From contig JBDKLJ010000001.1 in assembly GCA_039806025.1 (NCBI GenBank), positions 11,378 through 75,377 on the forward strand: a DNA stretch of 64,000 nucleotides, in the 5' to 3' direction. Shown here piece after piece: positions 42,001 to 51,000 of this stretch. Under the pieces are notes generated by a model that did no database searches, was not told the DNA's origin, and saw only the letters and a program-made list of their open reading frames with translations. This DNA is from Actinomycetota bacterium. Its GTDB lineage: Bacteria; Actinomycetota; Actinomycetes; Actinomycetales; Microbacteriaceae. The position numbers and the translations under genes were made by a program. How positions within the stretch are numbered: position 1 is the first letter of the stretch; the number at the start of each line of letters is the position of its first letter.

Positions 42001-45000
42001 ACGCTGCCGTGGCCGCGGGAACCACAGCCGTGCCGTCTGGATGTTCTGAGATCCCGGGTGAAACTGGAACCAGTTTGGTTACCGGGGCAAGTCTTCAAAC
42101 CAAATACATCACGGTTTTAGAAACTGGCTCCAACTCAGTGTCGTCGCCGGGACTATTTGCGGCTGTGTCACTGACCCTTCAACCACGCCCGAGCTTCGCC
42201 AGCGACCCGGTAATTCAGGGCCAGGTAAAGAGTGGACAAACGCTTACGGTTGCCACCGGAGCGTCATCGGTAGGTGGAGCGCCAACAGCCAGTTACCTGT
42301 GGTATCGCTGTACCAACTCGGCAAGTGCCGGCGACAGCCTCCCGAGTGAATGTACCCCGCAGCTAACCTCCACAGGCGCGCAGCTGAACCTAACCCCGAG
42401 CCACGAAGGTGGTCGCTACCTGGTTCGAGTGACCATCACGAACGTGGCTGGAAGTGCGGTTCGATTCAGTGCAACCACTCAAGAAGTTCTTGGTGATGTA
42501 GCCAACCTCACCTTCGCAAGCCCTCGCTCAGAAACTACACAACCGAAGGTCGGGTCTGCCCTCACAGTAGGCGCCAACACCTGGAGCGGTTTCCCTAGGA
42601 GTAACCCGACTTATCAGTGGTACCGCTGCAATGATGCTGTGGTTTCGAAGTCGAGCGAGCGCCCAGCCGGGTGTACTTCAATTGGTGGAGCTACCGGAAA
42701 CACCTATTTGCCAACTGTCGAAGACGAGTCAAAATATCTTTCGGTTAAGGCGCTCAACACCCAGGTCGGCGGATTCAGTGCCGCAGCCTGGTCGCCAACC
42801 AGTGCTCAGATTTATCGCAGCGTAAGTTTCGGTGACCTAGATAGCAGCCCCGCAGAGCCGCGCCCAACTCTAGGCAACCAGCGAATTTACCTCGGTAATA
42901 ACCTGACCCTAGACGTTGGTACCACCCACGGTTATCCGGCACCGCAAAAGAGTTACCAGTGGTACCGATGTGATGATCAGGTCAACACCTCAGGCTCCAC
43001 GCTGCCAGCCGGATGCTCGGCGGTGGCCGGTGAAACTGGCACAACCTACGAATACAAACTTCGCGACGTCGGCGCTTTCATTCTTGCTTCGGTCACGCTC
43101 ACCAACTTCCTCGGTTCGGAAAAACTATTCACGGCTTCCACTTCGGTGATTGGTTCGGCTCCGGTAAACAACGACCTGGTTGCTCCAAGGCTGCCAGGTA
43201 CCGGTGCCGTCCTCAAGATCGGTGCCGTAGTTGAGGCATCGCAGGGTAGTTGGACAGCCCTACCCGACGCAAGTTACAGCTACGCCTGGTACCGTTGCCA
43301 AAACGCGTCGACCTCGCGGCAAATTTCACTGCCAAATAACTGTATTGACCTTGGCGTAAGCGCCAACACCTATGAGCTCAAAAAAGCTGATTCGGGCAAG
43401 TACATCATGTACTCGGTTACGGCTGTCAATGACAACGGAGAAGCCACGGCATACTCGCCAACCACAATCGACGTCGGTGAACCTACCAGTTTCACCGCCG
43501 ACCCTCTGCTTCAAAACCGTTTCCGCAAAGACGAGACCATTGGTTCGAGCCTGGCCACCGCAGGTTGGCCAAGCCCGCAGCCCACCTACCGATGGTTCCG
43601 GTGTGAAGCGCCGGTGTCTGCCGCGTCGGCTAGCGCACCGCTTGGCTGTGTGGTAATTCCTAGAGCCATATCAGACACCTACACGCTCACCTACGCCGAT
43701 GTGTCGAAGTATGTCGTCAAGGAAATTACGATCACCAACCGAATCGACAGTTCGGTTCGCTATACGGCCTCGAGCAGGCAAATCCTGCTCACGCCAGAAA
43801 TCTCCGGAAATCTAACTGTCACCGGCCAGCTTTGGTTCGACACTGCTGAGAACCCTAAGGTACTTACCGCGAGTCAGGTGAACATCAAGGCCTTCCCAGA
43901 AACCGTGCCGGTTTACCAGTGGTATCGAGGCGGTACGGCGATTCGAAACGCCAATTCGATTACCTACACCTTGACCGCTGCCGATGTTGGATATCAGATG
44001 TCTTACACGGTGTCAGCCACCAACAGCTCGGGAGTTGCCGAGCCGGTGGGCGCCAGCACCAGCGACGAAATCGGTCAGACCCCAAAACTTTCAACTGTCT
44101 TAGGTGCTCAAAAGCCAAGGGTTTGTGGAACGGAAACCGATGGTGAAATCTCGGCGGGAAGTTCGGTTTGGATTTGTAACGGAGACTGGGTCGCCACACC
44201 TGAAGTTTCAGAATTCACCTACCAGTGGTACATGTGTACCGCCGAATCACCTCAGGGAAATACCGTTCCATCCACCTGTACCTTGATCAAAGGTGCAACC
44301 GATACGGAAATTAGCGCTACCTTCCTAGATGAAGGCAAGTTCCTGGGCTTCACCATCACCGCTAAAAACGGCACCGAGGATCGAAAACTTTTCGCGGCAA
44401 CTTCGAAAAAGATTTATGTAAAGCCGGAATATCGCTCAGGTGCCAAAACGGTATTTGGTGCTGGGCAGGCCGCCAAGGACGGTTCACCTCGTGTTGGTTA
44501 CCAAATTGAGGCAAGTGTTGGCACCTGGCGAGGAGTGGCTACCAACACTTATAGCTACCAGTGGTTTGCCTGTGCCGACGGTGCAACTCCGATTGCAGAG
44601 ACCTTGAACCCACGATGCGAAGAGATTATCGGAGCAGAATCTCGAGTGCTCACAGTCACAGACGCAATGGTTGGCAAGTATCTGGGTGTGAGAATTACTG
44701 GTTCATACAAGTATGTTGCACTTACCGATGTGCCGACTTCTTCAAACCGAGACATCATTTACACGGCGTCCACGGTCAATCCCGTCTTGGCTCCACCTGC
44801 AAACGTGCGACCACCATTCATAGCCAGTCGCTATACCTATGTTTACGCAACACTAAAAGCCAACGACGGTGAATGGACCGGCTCGTTGCCGCTAACGGTC
44901 ACCCACACCTGGTGGGAGTGTGATGCACCAATTTTTGAGGCAACCAAATTCCAGCCGGCTGGCTGTACAGAAATAAAGAACAGCACCGGCAACTGGAAAG

Positions 45001-48000
45001 TAACCCCGGCGCAGGTTGGTAAGTACCTAACCTCGGCGGCGAAGGCATCTAACCTCGGTGGCGATGTAAGAATTTGGTCGGCTACTCAAGAAGTAGTGAA
45101 GACCGGTCCGGTTAACGTGACAGCTCCGGTGATTTCACTACCGACCGGGTCAACTAACCCAAGTACGTCCACCGAAATCAGGGTCAGCAAGGGAACCTGG
45201 CTTGGTGACCCACCTCCAGGTGATCCGAGTGAATACAACTGGTACCGCTGCGACGACGCAGTGCGCGATGCGTCCGAGTTTCTTGACACCGGATGTCAAC
45301 TAATCGAAAGCGCTCGCGGAAATACCTACACGCCGGTAAGCGCCGACGTTAGAAAATACCTAGTCGCATCGGTCAAGGCCTCGAATACTCAGGGCGACTG
45401 GGTGGCTTACACCGCATCGACCACTCAGGTTTATCTACCGCCGAGCAATATCACCTTGCCTAGCATTCCAGCGGTGGCGTTCGTCGGTCGCAACATGACT
45501 GGAGCTCACGGCACTTGGGATGGTTATCCAGAACCCACCCTCGCTTACCAGTGGTATGTCTGTGACGATCGCCAGGCAACTGCCAGTGCCACACTTCCTG
45601 CGGGCTGTGAACTAATCGCTAAGGCAACTTCGGACGTCTACAAGCCGGTGGTTAGTCAAATCGACAAGTATCTGATTCTTAAGGTCACCGCTAAGAACCC
45701 GGCGGGCGAGACCAGCAAATTCACAGCATCAAGTGATTCGGTGGTTTCCGGTCCGGTGTTGGTAACGCCACCGACCTTTACCGGTTCCGTAGAAGGTCAT
45801 CCGGTGGTTGGTTCATCAACCACGACCGATGGCGGTATCTGGCAGGGAACTCCTTCTCCAGACAAGTCTTACCAGTGGTTGGTGTGTGACAAGGACGTAA
45901 CCGCCGACGACGTGGACGGACAGAAAGATCAACCTGCAGTCGGTGTGGAAAACCCACCTAGTCCAACCGCATTCTTGACTGAAAAGGGTTGTGTGGAAAT
46001 TGAGGGAGCGACCGCAAACGCGATCACCCCTAACGAAACTTTCCGTGGCAAATTCCTGATGATCCACGTCACTGCAAGAAACATCCATGGTGTTGACGAC
46101 TGGTACTCGGCTGCCAGCAAGGTGGTTTGGATGGCACCGGTTGTTGCCACCCCAGTGCAGGTCACTGGCAAGACCTTCAACCTGCTTTCGGCGCACGCTC
46201 GCCTTGATACTTGGAAGGCTTTCCCAGAGCCAACCAAGACTTACACCTGGTATTACTGCAGCACGGTCACCGCGGCTGCTGGAATCACGATGCCAGACGG
46301 TTGTACGTCCGCGATTGCAGGTGCAAACACCTCTGATTACAAGATTCCGGAAACCACGACCGCATCGCAGAAGTATCTCGTGGTCAAGGTGGTTGCCCAC
46401 AACGCGGCCGGCGCCGACGGAGTGAGTTATTCGGCTACTTCGAACGAGGTCGTCCCTGGTCCGGCCAATACGGTTTCACCAACCGTTACCGGTAACGCCA
46501 ATTATGCAGTAGCTGCACCGGGCACTGTGCTCACCGCGGGAGGTACTTGGGTAAATATCGAGGGCAACCTTGACTACCAGTGGTATCGCTGCACCAAGGA
46601 ATTGAACGCGACCGACGAACTTAATGAAACCTGTCAACCAATTAGCGGCGCCGAAGGGCCATCCTACGTAGTTAGCGCCGACGACGTTCTAACACCAGCC
46701 GAATATGCGGCATTCAACGCGGATCAAAAACTTGCCGTGAAGGGCAAGGTGCTGGTTGTAGGCGTAACCGGTTCAAATGCTCGTTACGGCCAGAGCACGG
46801 TGTTCTCTAAGTCGACAACCTTTGTGACCGAGAAGGTGAATAGCGTCACCGCGCCAACCATTTCGGGCTTGCCGCGAATCGACACCACGATCTCCGGTCT
46901 AGATGGAACCTGGCGCGGATTCCCGCTACCAACCGATTCGCGCAAGTGGTTCTATTGCAAGACTGCAAAGGCAACTAAGAGCCTCGTCAAGCCGGCCGAC
47001 TGTTCTCCAATTGGAAACTCGAATAAGCCGACCCTTGCCGTGTCTGAAGACTTCATCGGCAAGTACCTGGTTTACTCAATCACTAAGACCAACAAGGTTG
47101 GGGCTGTGACCACCAACGTCACCGTCTACTCTGCATCCACCGCTCAGGTTGCGCTGACTCCGGTGCTATTGAGTAAGCCAGACCTAGACCCAGTGGGAGA
47201 TTTCGCTAGAGCGGACGCACCGAAGGTTGGAACCAGTTGGAAGCTAACCTCGGCTTGGAAAAAGCCAACCCCTGCCTTGACCTACCAGTGGTACCGATGC
47301 GACGACCGAGTCGATACCAACGCTGCACTAATCACCGAGAAACCGGCCGGCTGTGTTGCCGTCGAAGGAGCAAACTCGATTGCCTATGAGGTTCGAGTTG
47401 CCGATCAGGGTAAGTATCTTCTGGCCCAGGTGATTGGAACCAACGTTTCGGATTCGGTTACTTCTTTCACCAACTCGAGTGAACGTCCGGTTGCTCAGCC
47501 ACCGATTGCTACCACCTTGCCTGCCATCAGCGGAACCAGAAACATCGGGGACACCCTAAGTGTCACCGAAGGAGTTTGGTCGCCGGTTGCTACCGAAGCC
47601 AGGAAGTTCCAGTGGTACTCCTGTTCTCGACCGGTACCAGAGACCGTAAACGAAGTACCAAGTTTCTGTGATCTGCAGACCGGCGACACCGGTTCTTCAT
47701 ACACAATTAGCTCGCTCGATGCCGGTAGCTACATGACCGTCAAGGTTTCTGGAACCTACCAGTTCTCAACCACTTCCTATCTACTGGCCGTAACCGAGGC
47801 GACTCAGTTGGCTCCAAGAATCGTTTACGGCGGAGCCAAGCCAATCCTCGACTACGAAACCTTCTTAGTTGGCGATTTGTTCACCATCAGAGGTGGCGAG
47901 TGGGAAGGAACCCCAACTCCTGTTGTCACCTACAAGTGGTACCGATGCGTGAACCCTAGCGACTCTACGCAAAGCCTTCCGGAGGGCTGCCAGGAGATTC

Positions 48001-51000
48001 CAAATGCAACCAACCCGACCTACCAGGCGGTGAACGCCGACAACGGTAAGTACTTGGTAGGCGTGGAAATCGCAACAAACTCGGGCGGGGTTGCCACCTG
48101 GTACACCGAGTCATCCGACATGCAGGTGAAGGCTGGTTACGTTCAGGGAAGCACAGCCGTCTCCATTTCGGTCAGCGGCAGTGCCATCACCACCACCGAC
48201 AGCATCACCATCAACTACACTCCTGGAACTTGGCAGGTGGGTGATGTGAATGTGGACGCCGTCCTGGTCCACCGTTGGATTTACTGCAAGGAACCGATCC
48301 AATCGGTTGTTCAGAAACTGCCAGCCGGTTGTGACTGGATGTTCCCTTACAAAAATGCAGCCACATTCCTTGTGGCAGATGAAGACCTAGCCCCACTGGT
48401 GCTTTCGATTGATAGCCCATACGCCGGCTACTACATTGCGTCAATGGAATACGTGATGAGTAACAAGCCAATACCGCAGAACACGGTTCCGATTAAAGAA
48501 CGTGAAACCTTCCGAGTTTCCGCATCGTCACCTTTGATTTTGATGTCTCCAACTCTTTGGACGAATCCGCCGACGACCGAACTTTTGAGCACGACTAACG
48601 GCAACGGCTACCAGGCTCCGAGGCTTTCCACTAACCAGTACGCAGTAGGCGACTCGGGCCAGACTGCGCTCTCCATTAGCTACATCTCCAAGTTCCTCAA
48701 AACCACCGACCCTTGGGCGGATGACGTTACGAGTACTCAACGAATCACCTGGCGAGGCGTCGGTGATCCAAGTTGGAGACCTAACCAGCAAGCTATCAAC
48801 CCATACGCTTTTGCGACCCAATGGTTCCGTTGCGAAACGGAAGTTCCGGAACTGGTGTTCGCGAAGCCCGATTCATGTGCCGAAATTTCAGGCGCTACCA
48901 GCGGTACTTACACACCGGTTGAGGCTGATGTCTCTAAGTACATTTCGGCAAGATTGACGGCCACCAACTCGGTAGGTTCAACCTCGATTTGGACCAAGAG
49001 CACCTGGCATATCACGCAACGGGCAACTGTTAAAGTTTCCCCAGCGCTGAACAGCGCCACTACCCGTTTCTCTGGCGACACCGTTACCGTTACTGCGGGC
49101 GACTGGGTTGGCCTAGACACCCCGGCCGACGCGGTTTACAAGTTCTATCTCTGTTCGGCAACTACGGTTTCGGTCGCTAACTGCGGTGCGTCACCAACTA
49201 ACGCAGCCCTTCCGAAGCAGATTCCATCCAACGGTCGTTCGGCGCAAATCCCAACCCTCGGCGGGCAAAACCTAACCCGATACGTTTTGGTTGAAATTTC
49301 ACGCGCTAACTATCCATACCTTTTCTCAGACAGTCAGGTTGATCCGAGCAAGCAGCGCGTCACCACCGTAACCCTGGCCACCGAACGCATCTACGAGCGT
49401 CCGGTTTGGAAGGGTGTCGCCTCTGTGCCACTGTCAACCGGCGCTGGCACGCTTGTCCTCACGTCCCAAACCTCTGGCGCGAACATTGACGCCAACGTTG
49501 GTCAAACTCTTTACATGGACATCTCTAGCAGCAACTGGAGTGCTACCGATGCCACGAACCGCTACAGCTACGCTTGGTTCGAATGCAGCCAGCCGCAAAC
49601 TAATCGGAGCACCGCAACCGAAACACCTTCGGGATGTACCGTGATTTCTGGTGAGACCAGTTCGTCTTATCGATTGACCCGTAACGATCGCGACAAGCGA
49701 ATCATGGGACGCATCATCGCCGAAAATACCTATGCTTCAGGAACCGCCTGGACGGTCACGACGCCTCCGATTACAGAACCTCCATACATGCTGACTGCGC
49801 CGAGCATCACTTTGGCGGGCAGTGGTAAACCTGCGGTTGGCGACACCATCACGGGCGTAAAGGGAACTTTCGCCGCTAGCCCAAGCGTTACCGAGGACAT
49901 CACTTCTTACCAGTGGTACGCGTGTAATAACGCAGTCCAAGCCAGCAGTGCGCTTGCTGCGGGCTGTGTTCCGATTCCGGGGGCGATGAACGAAACCTAC
50001 ACAATTTCGCGCGACTACATGGGCAAGTATCTGGTCTATCGTTCCGGAGCTTCGGCACAGGTGAACCCGAACTCCTACAGAGCTGTCACCTACCACTATT
50101 CGGCATCCGTCGGTGACGTGGAAATGGATCCGGAGTTTGGTCCAACCGATCCGCAAATTACCGGCACCGGCGTGGATTCGCAGGGCAATCCGAAGCCAGC
50201 AATCTTCCACGTTGGCTACACCTTGAAACTTTCGAGTTTCCGTATCACCAGTAACCCAACCGCGACGTCCACTTGGGATTGGTACGTTTGCGACACTTCA
50301 AAGACGTCCCAGTCTCTGGGCACACCACCGAGCGACTGTCAGCGACAGGATGCAACTAACCAGAGTGAACTGGTAATTGATTCCAGCATGGCCGGTAAAT
50401 ACATCACTGTATTTGCTTCAGCGGTCAGCAGAACCAACCCGACTAAAAAGAACGCGGCTTTCACCAAGCAGGTCACGATGTCGCCGGTGAACACGGCTGC
50501 CCCAACTTTGACTGGCACGATGAACGCCAACGATATCAACCTGGTTACTGCCTCGGCAGGAAGCTGGTCTGCGGTTCCTGTGGTCAGTGGCTACAGCTAC
50601 GCCTGGTATCTGTGTACAAGCAATGTTTCTAACGCTGGCCAAACCAAGCCTGCAGGTTGTGACACTTCACCGATTTCGGGTGAAATTAGCAAGACCATCA
50701 AACTCCGACGTGAGTGGGCAGGCAAATATTTGGTCGTTGAAGAAACGGCGATTCAGCCAAACAACAACACGTCTCTACCTGCTTCGCTAGTCACCAAGCA
50801 CTATTCCGCATCAACCTCGGTAATCAAGACCGCTGCGATCTTTACCGCCAACACCACTCTGAGCGGATACAAGCACGTGGGCGAATATGTGTCGGCGTCG
50901 GTGACCAAGAGCAGGGGAGTCGAACTAGAAACCGAGACTTACCAGTGGTATGTGTGCGCAACAGAAGTTACCACTGGAATTTCTGTGAAGCCGGCGAACT

